A stretch of DNA of 62,641 nt, counting the filler, from Basidiobolus ranarum (lineage: Eukaryota): assembly GCA_040143965.1 (NCBI GenBank). It is 25 parts of 25 records of this genome, joined end to end, with 100 filler letters (N's around TTAATTAATTAA, not from the genome) between each part and the next. Parts side by side here need not be neighbours in the genome. Positions count along the whole stretch, not along the records: positions 22,648 to 25,059 come from JASJQH010010241.1; positions 25,160 to 27,570 come from JASJQH010010242.1; positions 27,671 to 30,081 come from JASJQH010010243.1; positions 30,182 to 32,591 come from JASJQH010010244.1; positions 32,692 to 35,101 come from JASJQH010010245.1; positions 35,202 to 37,609 come from JASJQH010010246.1; 19 more parts are not named here. The stretch is one strand, 5' to 3'. Position numbers and translations under genes: made by a program. The notes under the pieces were generated by a model that was given only the letters and a program-made list of their open reading frames with translations, searched no databases and was not told where the DNA came from. Of the stretch, positions 22,648 to 35,429 are shown in pieces; position 1 is the first letter of the stretch, and every line of letters starts with the position of its first letter.

Positions 22648-24627
22648 TTGGAGGTTTTTGCGGGCACAATGCACTATCGTGCTGTAGATTTTGTCAAATC
22701 AATGGAGTTTACTCTAACAGGCATACGCATTACTACTATCCAAATACAACACTAAACTGCATGATCTTACCATCAAGATCCTTGTCTGATTTCAACATGA
22801 TCACTGATATCAATACATCAAAAAGTCAGTCTAACATCAATCTTGAGATTATCCATAAGCCTAAAATTATATTGCAAAGGGGATCAGGGGGAGCTAGGGC
22901 TTCCTATTAGACACTATGCACTTATCATTCAACAACATTCCAATACTATTTACTTAGCTATATAGTGGAAAATTCAATCCAAATGAGCCATTTGAGATAG
23001 TATCAGAGTTTTATTCAATTGGGAAAATGCTTGAAAATGTCCAGATATTGTCCTATTTTTACAGAACTCCAATCACTATGCACTTATCTAAGTGTTTATT
23101 CAAGTGCAAAGACTGGAAATTTTGGATGTGAATATACTCAAGTGGAATTTTGAAAAGATTTCTGCCTGAAACATATTGGCCACATGGGGAGGTGTTTGCA
23201 GAGATTCTTAATATATTCTTACTACATCAACTCATATTGGCCAATCTTGTGCATATACAGTGATTGTGCAAAGAATTTATAATTAGATATGTATAACTGC
23301 ATTACAGGTTTAAAGAATATAGACTGAATTGATGCCAGTTTTGAATACATTCACTGCTGCTTCTTTCACACTGCTTAGAGATTAAAGGCCCTTTCTATAC
23401 ATTGTGGGAGTTCCCAATGGAGTGCACCTGTGGTGATATGGTGCTCTGTGTGAAACTGTCAACAATACCATATGCTAATATGATTAATAATGTACCAGCA
23501 AAATCAATGATGGATGTAATGCAATGGGTTAGGGAGACTCCAGAGTATTTTAACCTTCCAACAAAGGGCTCTTTCAATGTACTCATGGGCTTTTGAACAT
23601 ATATATAACAGCAACAAAACCCAGTCCATTGACTCATAGTAAGTGTCTCTAAGATTTGAACTATTTTGTTGCGTGATAATCTGAGGTATTTTCATGAAAG
23701 CTGCATGACAGACTTCACGGTGAGAGAGATCAAGATATGCGGTATGATTGTCTTACCCATGTGGTACTTTCCTCAAGCAATGACACATCTACTTGTGGTA
23801 GGACATTTGTTGACTGCAAGCTGGGGGTATTTTGGCTCAATTCTATATTGAAAATAGACAAACTGTGAGTGCTTATCTTCATTGTGAACAGTAACAAGAG
23901 TCAGCTATTTGCCATGTGTCAGTGCTTTTCAAAGTCTCATATGTTTAGCAGCTTTCTCACCATTAGTTTGCTGGTATAGCATATTGATGTTGTTGAGTTA
24001 ATCTCTGATCAGTCAAGTATATGCATATATAGAGACTAAACACAACAAAATTCTTGTATTTTTTGATATTAATAATGTCTGGAATACAAAGCGTAAAATA
24101 TCTAAACCCAGGCATGCATATTAGCTTGGATTCTTATAGCAATAAGTGCAGTAATTTGCCAAGTGGGAAATTTTTTTTTGCAAAAAGTATTGGAAATAAA
24201 TAACAGATGCTAAATATGAGAATTAATACTTTACCATGTATGAATATTGTCAAAATACTGTCAAGAAGCCTCTATATCACCATCAAAATCCTGGGCAGAA
24301 TGCAAGCCATCAATATTGCAATGGTTCTCTGACAGTTTTGCAGTCCAGAAGGGTAGATCTGATCCAGATAAACCCAATTTTGCTTTTGTCAGGGGAATTC
24401 CTTTAACAGCAAGCCTAGTTATTTGCTATTCAAACACTTTTTTCCAAAAACTGTAGGGAATTGAAACACACATCGCAAATGCTGAGTATCCAAGATGTAA
24501 GCATGAGTACTAAGCATCACAATACTTCTAGGAAGCTGCCCTCATACCATCAAAATCTCTGGCATAATACAAGCTATCCATACTATGATGGATATCTGCT
24601 TCATTGATGCTCCACATTGGTGGATCT
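22648..24627 (+). mobile_element. Decayed EnSpm/CACTA-like transposase with right terminus at 24394, followed by an older diverged 3'-end fragment
   Basis: GGF.GHNALSCCRFC, MHLSFNNI and WEFPMECTCG motifs; TGTCAGGG end; 24395-24627 aligns loosely with the element's 3' region. Confidence 0.85.
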
Positions 24628-25059
24628 TGTTGAAATTAGGTGAATGACAACTCATTATTCAGTCACTGGTTTATTTATATTCTGATATTTATCACTTGAT
24701 ACTGACATTCAAAAACATTTGTGTATTGCTGAAATTGATAAAAATGCCAATTACATTACTTTTACCAATATTCATATTTTCTCAAATCTTTGCCAAATCA
24801 TTTCAAATTTTCACTCTTGCTTGACAGGCATGTTTGCCATGATCTAAATTCATGCAATAGTCCTAATTTATACCAAACTATTAACAGCACATACTCTATT
24901 CAATAAAACTTAAGTGCTCAACTCACAAATCCAAATCATGTCCAAAACACTTCCAAATCCCCTAAGCACTCTGAGCAGGTCATGAGCCCTAAGCTAGCTG
25001 GTTAAGGAAGGTTTACCAGTATAATACCAATGTTTGTACATCCACAGACAAGTTTGATG
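24628..25059 (+). mobile_element. Copia-2 5' LTR (LTR-D, 24628-24977, 350 bp), PBS (24978-24990) and decayed gag start
   Basis: TGTTGAAA...CA followed by GGTCATGAGCCCT; the downstream sequence matches the reverse complement of 12593-12700. Confidence 0.8.
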
Positions 25060-25159
25060 NNNNNNNNNNNNNNNNNNNNNNNNNNNNNNNNNNNNNNNNN
25101 NNNTTAATTAATTAANNNNNNNNNNNNNNNNNNNNNNNNNNNNNNNNNNNNNNNNNNNN

Positions 25160-25291
25160 GTTAGTTTTCTGTATTTCCACCAAAAAGTATAAATGCTTTA
25201 TTTCTGGACAATAAACAATTATCTCACAAAGCTATTCACAACTCCACTTTTCTAAAGTTCCTCCAAACAGACCATATTTTCCCAATAAACA
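25160..25291. repeat. End of a third LTR-like repeat (LTR-C), abutting the transposase GDTPA codons; inverted copy at ~44999-45128
   Basis: The two ~130-nt segments are near-identical reverse complements ending AACA / starting TGTT, in different flanks. Confidence 0.6.
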
Positions 25292-26970
25292 CTCCTGTCA
25301 TCAGTAAACTTGGAGGTTTTTGTGGGCACAATATGCTATCTTGCTGTGGATTTTGTAAAAACAAAGGAGTTTGCTCTGCCAGGCATAGGCATTACTATTA
25401 CCCAAATACAACAGTAAACTCAATGATTTACCATCAAGTGCCTGGTCAGATTCAAACTTGATTGCTGATAGTATTTCACTAAAGAGTCAGTCTAACATCC
25501 AACCGATGATTAGTTGTAAGCCTGAGATTTTAGTGCTAAAGGTCATCAACTGGAGCCAGAGCTTCCCATTAGGTATTACACACTTACTATTCAGCTTCAT
25601 TCCAACACAACTTACTTGGCTGTACAGCAAAAAACTCAAGCTGAATGGGCCATTTGAGAAGAGATCAAAGTTTGAATTAATTGGGAAAATGGTTGGAACC
25701 TTCAAGGTGCCATCATATTCTGCCAAACTCCCTTCAATATCCATTTGTCTAGGTGTTTATTCAAATGCAATGACTGGAAGTAATGGATGTGTACATATTT
25801 AAGTGGAATCCTTAAAAGATTTCTGCCTGATAAGTATTGGCAGCATTGAAAGTTGTTTGTGGATATTGTCAATATATTTTTATGGCATCAACTCACACTG
25901 GCAAATCTCAGGCAAATACAGCTACTGTATGCAGATTTTGTAACTGGATATGAAAAACGTAGCTACGGGTTGAGAGAAGATAGACTTAATCTTTGCCAGT
26001 ATCCAATACTTTGCCTGCTGCATCTTTTACAATGCTTAGAGATTTTAGGCCCTTGCTATACATTCTGGGAGCTTCCAATGGAGTGTACCTGTGGAGAAAT
26101 GATGCTCCATGTGACATTCTGAGTATTGCCATGTGCTAATCTGATTAACAATGTATCATCACAATCAGTGATGGATGCAATGTAATGTGTTAAGGAGACT
26201 CCAGACTATATTAACCCTCTAAGAAATGGCTCTTTTCAATGTGCTCACAGATTTTTGCATTGATTGATCACAATATTATCAACAAAACCTAATCCATAGA
26301 ATCAAAGCAAGAGCCTCTAAACTTGAACTACTTAGTTTGGGTGATAATCTCATGGTATTTCTTAGAAAGCTGCAAGACAGACTTCTTGGTTTGATAGATT
26401 GCGATACTCAATATTATTGTCTTAACCATGGGGTAACCTATTCAAGCAGCGACATATCTACTTGTGGCAAGACATTTGTTGACAACAAGTGGGAATATTT
26501 TGGCCGAATTCTTTATGTAAACTTGCTAAAATCAAAGAGCTTATTCTCTTTGTGAGTGGTAACAAGAGTCAACTATTTGCCAAGTGTCAGTGCTATTCCA
26601 AATTTCACATATATAGCAACTTTTCCACCATCAGTTTGCTGGTAAAACATATTGATGTTGTGAATCTATGTCTGATTGGTCAAGTATTTGCATATGTAGA
26701 GACTAGACGCAGCAAGACTTTTGTATTTTTTGATTCTCTTCATGGCTAGAACACATAGCCAAAAATATCTAAATAAATGTATACATGTTAATATGAATTT
26801 TTATAGCTGTAAACCCAGTAATTTGCCATTTTAAAATTAGTTTTTTACAAAGACTATTGGAAATTAAGTAATGCATGCCAAATAGGAGGATCCATACTTT
26901 ACCATGTATGAATACCATCAAAATACTGTCAAGAAGCTGCCATAGCGCCCTGAAAATCCCTGGCATAATG
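25292..26970 (+). mobile_element. Decayed EnSpm/CACTA-like transposase copy
   Basis: Homologous along its length to 28410-29700 and 48170-49840. Confidence 0.88.
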
Positions 26971-27555
26971 CTTCAAGATAATCAAAGTTGTATGAAATTA
27001 GCTGAAAATCCCACATTTCATAAAAGAAGCAAACATATAGATAGATAAGCATCGCTTTGTTAGAGAGACTATAGAGAGTAAGTTTATTGACTTAACATTT
27101 TGCTCTACAGAAGACATGATTGTCAATATATTAACCAAACCATCAGCTACACAGAAATTTTAGAAATTTAGATCTTCATTAGGATTAGTGTATATGACTA
27201 TTTAGTTGTGGGAGAGTGTTGAAATTAGCATTGCGTAAACACCTATATAGTCATATATAGCTTAGTACTTAGTCATCTTATAACTCACCAAGATATTATC
27301 CATTATTCTCAATTGGAATTTATTTAGAATATTTTTACCAACTTAGAAGTTCTCAGATACATAGATTTTTCAAAGAAGCCTCATACCTTGCACACAAGTT
27401 CCTGGGACCTTCCTTAGCACATTCCATATGTTAGTCTGTCTACATCTTGACAAAACTATAAATGTCAACTTTCTACTCCATGTATCAATAAGTGAAAACC
27501 ACCAATTCCTCTAATTCTTCAAATCACTTCCAACAGGCTCCCAAATACTTTAACA
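26971..27555 (+). mobile_element. Copia-1 RNase H end, PPT and 3' LTR-A (27217-27555)
   Basis: FQDNQSC.KLA.NPTFH; GGGAGAG then TGTTGAAATT...TTTAACA. Confidence 0.92.
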
Positions 27556-27670
27556 AACTCTGCTCAACTANNNNNNNNNNNNNNNNNNNNNNNNNNNNNN
27601 NNNNNNNNNNNNNNTTAATTAATTAANNNNNNNNNNNNNNNNNNNNNNNNNNNNNNNNNNNNNNNNNNNN

Positions 27671-29885
27671 CTGTAAAGGAAGCAGCTTTGATTATTGAGG
27701 AATGGAGAGTTCAATCCAATCTTAGCAACCAGGTGTTTATTGGTTTTCTTACACTTTTACCACAGTAGTTTTGCAACCGTTGCTTGCTACAGACCTGGTA
27801 CAAGTGGAAAACACTTGTCAATTCTATGACTTATAATCCTTGAGTAATTAACTACCTTCATGTCCAAATGGTTGTATGGCTTTCACCAGTGATCTGAAAA
27901 ACCTGAAGTTATGTACTGTTTGCACACAATTAGCAATCACTGCATCAGGTAAGTATTGTTCATATTTGGCTTACATTCCATTGCTTCCCCATCTCAAAGT
28001 TTGCATGAAATCACCCAAATATAGATCATTGTTTCAATACTAAAGTACTCACCATAAAGCTAATGGCATTACCAATATACTTGATGGATATTACTACCTG
28101 AACCTGAAAAGTCAGGGTTTCTTTAAGAGCACATATGATCATGCATTTTCATTGGCTCTGAATAGTTTCTCACTAAACAATATACCACTGGAAAGGCCTG
28201 CTGGCCAATAATTTTAATCAATTTAAATATTCCTTCTTCTGAACTGTATAAGAGCCATGATATTTTGATATTATCCATAATATCTGGACCTAAATCACCA
28301 TTGCTTATAGATAGCTTCTTGGAGCCTTTGATTGCAGAATTTGAATAGTTATCTATGAGGTTCAGATCGGTGAATATTTGATTAAAGCTAATATCATGGT
28401 ATGTATCGGTGACACTCCTGCCATCAGTAAACATGGAAGTTTTTGCAGGCACAATGCACTATCTTGCTGTAGATTTAGTCAAATCAATGGAGTTTACTCT
28501 ATCAGGCATATGTATTACTACTATCCAAGTACAACACTAAGCTCCATGAATTTACTGTCAAGAGCCCAGTCAGATTTCTATATGATCACTGATATCAATT
28601 CACCAAATAGTCAGTCTAACATCAAACTTTATATTAGCTGCAAGTCCAAGATTATATTGCTAAAGGGTATCAGCTGGAGCCAGAGCTTCCCATTAGGCAC
28701 TATGCACTTACTATTTAACAACATTCCAATACTGCTTACTCAGCTATATAGTGGAAAATTCAATATGAATGAGCCATTCGAGATAGGATCAAAGTTTGAA
28801 TTGATTGGGAAAATGCTTGAAAATGTCAAGCTACCATCATATTTTACCAGGACTCTCATCAATATCCACTCATCTAGGCATTTATTCAAATTCAAAGACT
28901 GGAAGTATTGGATTTGTATACATTCAAGTGGAATTTGGGAAAGTTGTCTGCCTGAGAAGTATTGGCAACATTGTGCGTTGTTTGTCAATATTGCTAATAT
29001 ATTCTTATGGCATTGACTCCCATTGGCAGATCTCAGGCATATACAGCAACTGTGTGAAGATTTTCTATTTGCATATGAAAATCTTTATTACAGGTTTAAA
29101 GAAGATAGACTGAATCTATGCCGCTATTCAATACAATCCCTGCTGCATCTCTCACAATGCTTAGAGATTATAGGCCCTTGCTATACATTCTGGGAGTTCC
29201 CAATGGAGCACCATGTGGAATTGTCAGTATTACTGTATGCTACTCAAATTAACAATGTATCAGCAAAATCAGTGATGGATGTAGTGCAATGGGTTAAGGA
29301 GAATCCCGAGCATATTAACCTTCCAAAAAAGGGCTCTTTTCAATGTGCTCACATGTTTTTGCATTGTTTGAGGACAATAACAGAAACAAAGTAAGTACCT
29401 CTACAATTGGACTAACTTGCTTGTGTGATAATCTGATGGTATTTTTAGGAAAGCTGCAAGACAGACTTCTTGGTGAGATACATCAAGATAAACATTATTA
29501 TTGTTTTAGCCATGGGGTAATCTATTTGAGCAATTACATATCAACTTGTGGCAGGACATTTGTTGACTGCAAGTTGGGGATATATTGGCTAAATCATTTG
29601 CAGAAATTTGCACCACAAGATTCTTACATTTTATGATTCACATTATGGCTGGAATACAAAGCCTAAAATAACTAAATAAAGGCATGCATCTGAACTTGAA
29701 TTCCTACAGCAGCAAACCTAGTAACTTGCCATTTGAAAATTCTATTTTTGCAAAAATTGCCAGATATTAAAAAATGAATTCCTACATCAGCAAACACAGT
29801 AACTTGCCATTTGAAAATTATATTTTTGCAAAAATTGCCAGATATTGAAAAATTCATGTCAAATTTGAGGATCAATATTATTACA
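27671..29885 (+). mobile_element. Decayed EnSpm/CACTA-like transposase (Transposase_21/TnpD-like) with a 78-bp tandem duplication at 29697-29852
   Basis: CWPIILINLN.P, IISGPKSP..IDSFLEPLIAEFE, CIGDTPAISK.G.F..HNA..CCRF, MHLLFNNI, FWEFPME. Confidence 0.9.
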
Positions 29886-30181
29886 TAGACTTGTTCCATT
29901 TTATTGAGCCAAATCTGGCCAGCTAAAAAGTGTGACAACACAAATTGGCATGATTGGGCACTATCCGGCACGATGTTATTTACCCCTTTGGAAACAGTTT
30001 ATTTTACTTATGTTGTATGTTTAAGAAAAGTTCTTATAGACATTATTGCACATTCAAAAGTTAATGAAAGCTTTATTCATANNNNNNNNNNNNNNNNNNN
30101 NNNNNNNNNNNNNNNNNNNNNNNNNTTAATTAATTAANNNNNNNNNNNNNNNNNNNNNNNNNNNNNNNNNNNNNNNNNNNN

Positions 30182-30406
30182 ATTCCCTATTCAGTATATT
30201 ATGTTTCACCTTGCAATATCTATATAAGCACCATGTATTCCTTGATCAGACCTCAGTCTGATCAATGCCAGTTATCAATAAAGATTCTTGCCCAAGTATC
30301 TTCCTTGTCCAGTCTTGTCTTGTCTTGTGGTCTACACCCAAGTACTCTCCTGCCTTCTAGCCTCCTGTTGTTATTCCCAGTCCTTGTCCAGTTCCTTATT
30401 GTGACA
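30182..30406 (+). mobile_element. Ty3/gypsy LTR-B 3' part, inserted in Copia-1 RNase H
   Basis: Ends TTGTGACA and contains AATAAA; matches 42420-42623, 55242-55326 and the reverse complement of 44400-44620. Confidence 0.82.
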
Positions 30407-31943
30407 GCAATCATGTCTTCTGTAGAACAATATGTTAAGTCAATAAACTTATTCTCTATAATCTCTCTAATGAAATGATGTCAAATATCTATATGTTTGC
30501 TTCTATTATGAAATGTGGATTTTTAGCTAATTGGATACAACTTTGTTTATCTTGAAATTTTGTAGTTGGTGAATTTTTGTATTAGCCTAAATCTGTTAAG
30601 AATTTTCTTAGCTTTATTTCTTCTTTTGTTGCTTCAAAGACTGCCATGCATTTGGCTTCTGTTGTTGAAAGTGCTACAGTAGGTTGTTTCTTTGAATTCC
30701 AAGAAGAAGCTCCATTACAGAAAAGAAATAAGTTTCCCATTGTAGATCTCCTGTCTTCAATATCTCTTCCCCAATTTGCATCTGAATGTCCCATCAGATT
30801 AAAGTTTGATCCAGAATATGTGTATTTTAAGCACAGATTCACAGTATCTTTCAAATATCTGAAAATCCACTTAACAGCTATGATTTGATGAGATCCATGA
30901 TTTTCAAGATATTGGCACATAACTCCCACTGAATATGAAACATCTGGTCATGTTCTAACCATGATATACATTAAGCTAACAACCATAGATAGATAAGGAA
31001 ATTTTGGGCTTTTGTTTGAATCTCAAAAGATCTGATTTGAGCCATTTTTGGTCAAGTTGAGATTTCTCTCCATTGGTGTATATACTGGAGTACATTCTTC
31101 CATTTTAAGCTTCTTTAGTATATCTAGGTTATACTTAGACTGGTTTGAAGTTATTGTTTTGGTAGTTCTATCTTTATTAATTTGCATTCCAAGATAGTAT
31201 GTCAATTCATCAAGATCAGTCATTTTCATTTGGCAGATAAGCTGGATTTGGTTCTCTCCAAACTCTTCAAGTCATTGGATGCAATAATAAGGTCATCTGC
31301 ATATAAGGTTAATCAAACTGGGTTTGTTTTACATGGTCTGAAGTAGATACTATAGTCAGCATTACTATTTGTACTTTGAGTGTTTCCAACAAAGCATCTA
31401 TCTTGCTATTTCAAGCTCTTGGAGATTGTTTTAAGCCATAGAGTGTTTTCTGGAGACTGCAGACTTTTTTAGGACTTTTTGGGTCGACAAATCAATCTGA
31501 CTGGTACATATAGATCTGATCAGCAAGCTCACCACTTGAAAAGAAGTTTTGATATCAATCTGATAGATCACAAACTGATATTTAGCTGAAATTGCCAAAA
31601 TCAATCTAATTGAATTAAACTTTGCTGCAGGAGCAAAAGTTTCTGAATAATCTATCCCTGGTGTTTGAGAATAGCCCTTGGCTACTAGTCAAGCCTTGTA
31701 CCCTCCTATATTGCCATCAGAGTTGTATCTAACTTTCAACACCCATTGGCAGCCCATTGATTTTCTACCATTAGTTAAGTAGATTAAAATCCAAGTTTGA
31801 ATATTAATCAAGGCCTTGAACTCATTAGCCATAGCAGATCTCCAAAATTTTGTGTGAGGGCCATTCAGGACCTCTTTTACAGTCTGGGGTTCATGTATTT
31901 GGACTATACAGGCATAGGCCTAACTTTGGGACTCATTGATACA
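30407..31943 (-). mobile_element. Copia-1 RT and RNase H remnant
   Basis: LYADDL, MTDLDELTYYLGMQI, VKWIFRYLKDT, GHSDANWGRDIEDRRST, SWNSKKQPTVALSTTEA. Confidence 0.93.
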
Positions 31944-32591
31944 CACTAAAAAAAAATAAAATCAAATGGATCTGGATTGGATCCACCCTTCTAGATTGCA
32001 AAACAATTGGAGAACCATCACAATACTGGTGGCTTGCATTCAGCCAGGGATTTTGATGGTGAGACAGCAGCTTCTTGACAATATTTTGACAATATTGATA
32101 CCTGTTAAAATATTGATTGTCATATTAGGCATGCATTGATTAATTTCCAGCAATTTTTGCAAAAATCTAATTTTCAAATGGAAAATTACTGGGTGTACTG
32201 CTATAGGAACTTTGATCCATATGCATGCCTTTATTTAGATATCTTTGGCTTTGGATTCCAGCCATATTGAGAATCAAAAAATACAAAAATCTTTTTGTGT
32301 TAAATCTCTATATATGTACATACTTGACTGATCAGACAAAACTCAGCAACATCAATATGCTTTACCAGCAAACTAATGGTGGAAAAGCTGCCAAACATCT
32401 GAAATTTTGAATAGCACTGACACTTGGCAAATAGCTGACTCTTGTTACCATTCATAATGAGAATAAGCTCTTTGATTTTGGCAAATTTTCATAAGGAATT
32501 CAGCCAATATATCCCAGACTTGCAGTCAACAAATGTCCTGCCACAAGTAGATGTGTCATTGCTTGAATAGATTACCCCATGGCTAAAACAA
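31944..32591 (-). mobile_element. EnSpm/CACTA-like 3' end with decayed right terminus
   Basis: Reverse complement of 20420-21058. Confidence 0.85.
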
Positions 32592-32691
32592 NNNNNNNNN
32601 NNNNNNNNNNNNNNNNNNNNNNNNNNNNNNNNNNNTTAATTAATTAANNNNNNNNNNNNNNNNNNNNNNNNNNNNNNNNNNNNNNNNNNNN

Positions 32692-34304
32692 TTTAAATTA
32701 CCAAAATCAATCAAGAATTAAACCCTGCCACATGAGCAAAAGTTTCTATAAATATAATCCTGGCGTTTTGGAATAGTTTTGGCTAGTAGCCTATGCTTGT
32801 ACATTTCTACATTGCCATCAGAGGTTAGGCAATTTAGCAGAGTTGATACCATCCTGATCAAATTGATTTTATTTTTGTTTGGGTTCATTCAGATTTATGT
32901 AGACACATGCAAAATGTATTATCAGGAAGAAAAAGATACTGAATCACATTTTTTAATGATTGTACAAGATACACTTGAGTCTATTTTATGGAAAGAAAAG
33001 AAGAAGCTCTCTCTATCCCTGGATATTTTAAAACACTTGTGAAGACTGATCTAGAACCAAAATCAAGAAAATGTGTACTGATGAAGGTGGAGAATATAAT
33101 TCAACACTATTTATTCACTTTTGCAAAGTTCAAGGAATTAAGCAAGAAACTACTACCTCCTATTTTTCTCAACAAAATGGAGTTGCTGACAGAACTAACA
33201 GGACTATATAGAAGGGCAAGATCTATGATAAATAAACAAAATTTATCTCATAACTTTTGGGTAGAATCCATTGCTACAGCTATATATCTGGAGCATAGGA
33301 GTTTTCCTAGAAGTCTGTCTAACTTGACACCAACTAAGGCCTAAAGACTCTATGATATCAAATTTCAAAGTTAATCAAGTCCAGGGAAGTTTTGTTCAAT
33401 GAGAATGAAAATTTTCACCCAAAATGTTATCAGATGATGATGAAAATCAATTTTCTCCTGATCCAATCATTCACAATGATTCAAACAAAAATGATGAAGA
33501 AAGTAGCTTTCCTGTAGACCCTTTGACCAGAATTATGCCTGCTGAAGTGCCCAATATAATGCCAGAAGTTGTAGTACTTTTAGCCCAAAGCAGGAGAACA
33601 AATTGGATCAAGAATAGCCCTGATTGTTATATCAATAAGTCACAAATTTGGGCCTGTGCCTGTACAGCTCAATAACATGAGCCCTAGACTGTAAAAGAGG
33701 CTCTGAATAGCCCTCACACAGAGTTTTGAAGATCTGCAATGGCTGATGAGTACCAGGCTTTGCTAAATAATCAAACTTAGATTTTAACCTATTTACCTGA
33801 GAATAGAAAATCAATTGGCTACTAATAGGGTTTAAAGTTAAATGCAACTCCTATGGCAATATAGGAAGGTACAAGGCTAAACTAGTAGCCAAAGACTATT
33901 CCCAAACACTGGGAATAACTTATACAGAAGGTTTTACTCCTGTAGCAAAGTTTAATTTGATTAGGTTGATTTTAGCAATTTCAGCTAAATATTGGTTTAT
34001 TATACATCAGATGGATCTTTAAGCTGCTTTTGGAATGTTGAGCTTGCTGAGGAGATCTATATAGACTGGCCAGACAAATTTGTTGACCCAGAACTTCTAA
34101 AAGAGTTTGCAGACTCCAGAAATGACTCTATGGCGTAAAACAAATACCCAAGAGCTTGGAATAACATGATAAACATTTTTTGGAAACACTCAAATTCCAT
34201 TTGAGTAATGCTGACTATAGTATCTACTTGAGGCCAGATATGACAAACACAGTTTTATTAGCCTTATATGTAGAGGACATGATTAAAGCAACCAATGACA
34301 TGAA
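32692..34304 (+). mobile_element. Copia-1 integrase and RT remnant (32884-34304), preceded by a CACTA right terminus (ends 32883) and an inverted RT fragment
   Basis: HSDLC, QQNGVADR.NRT, FWVESIATA.Y, YKAKLVAK, ALYVEDM. Confidence 0.88.
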
Positions 34305-35101
34305 TCCAAGCAGATATTTGAGGATTGTTAGTAGGAAAACCATCACAATTTTAATTCATTTTGGATTGACTTTTTATTACCATCATAAATTGTCAAGTTA
34401 GATTTAATTTTAATCCATTTTTTCAGTTTCAGGAGTGAAATTTCATGATCTTGCAAAATAGTTGAACATAATTTGCTACAATCTCAGAGAACTATGGATC
34501 ATCACACATGCAAGAAACATAACTCAAACTCTACACATTTATTACTATATTGCTAATTCCCTAACACAAATTTGAGGATTGTTATTGTAGGATAACTGTC
34601 ACAATTTTAATCCAATTAAGATTGACCTTTTACTTACAGTCATAAAATCATCAAGTTTGATTCAATTTTAATCAATTTTTTCAGTTTCCAGAGTGAAATT
34701 TCAAGATCTTGTAAAATAGTTGCACATAATTGGCTACAATCTCAAAGAACTATGTATCAACACATGCATGAAAAATGTAACTCAAATTTTACACAATTAC
34801 CACACAAATGCTAATTTGTCATCTTTGAAATCCCTGGTCTCTTTGATATTTTCTCATCAATATTTTTATAGAGTTCTTCATACCCAAGGTTTAGCTCATA
34901 CCCAACACGAGTTTGTGTCAATATCTCCATCAAAGCCCACCATAGTATTAATGTTGCGGAATCAACATTTTTCCAGCTATCTGGCAGATACCCTGCCATA
35001 TTGTGCCACTCTGTATTAAGTTCTTCCCAGATATCTGCACAGTCAACACCAGACTGAAAGTCAAATTGATTGTTCTGCTTCTGAGGCCACTTTCTGCATA
35101 C
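34305..35101 (+). mobile_element. Two successive left ends of the CACTA-like element (34305-34558 and 34559-35101); the second includes the 3' end of ORF2 on the minus strand (stop at 34811)
   Basis: CCCTAACACAAATTTGAGG at 34559, a decayed copy at 34305 and a third copy at 44909; these are inverted relative to the right end ATTTTTGTTAGGG. Confidence 0.75.
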
Positions 35102-35201
35102 NNNNNNNNNNNNNNNNNNNNNNNNNNNNNNNNNNNNNNNNNNNNTTAATTAATTAANNNNNNNNNNNNNNNNNNNNNNNNNNNNNNNNNNNNNNNNNNN
35201 N

Positions 35202-35425
35202 GACCTTCCATGGAAGGTCTTGGTGGAAATACACTATGTGTGGGATGACATGATTGGTCAGGTTTCATGGAATGTTCCAAAGAACATGACTTCTATATAA
35301 GGTAATCTGGATCAACTGACACCAGATTACCAAGAAGGGATGGCACAGTAGATATGATGTCATAGTCTAATAATAGAAGAGTTCCATTTGCAGTGGATCA
35401 GTACTCCAAGATCAGAATTATGACA
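35202..35425 (-). mobile_element. Ty3/gypsy LTR-B 5' part
   Basis: Reverse complement of 42108-42335; ends TATGACA. Confidence 0.82.
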
Positions 35426-35429
35426 GAAT

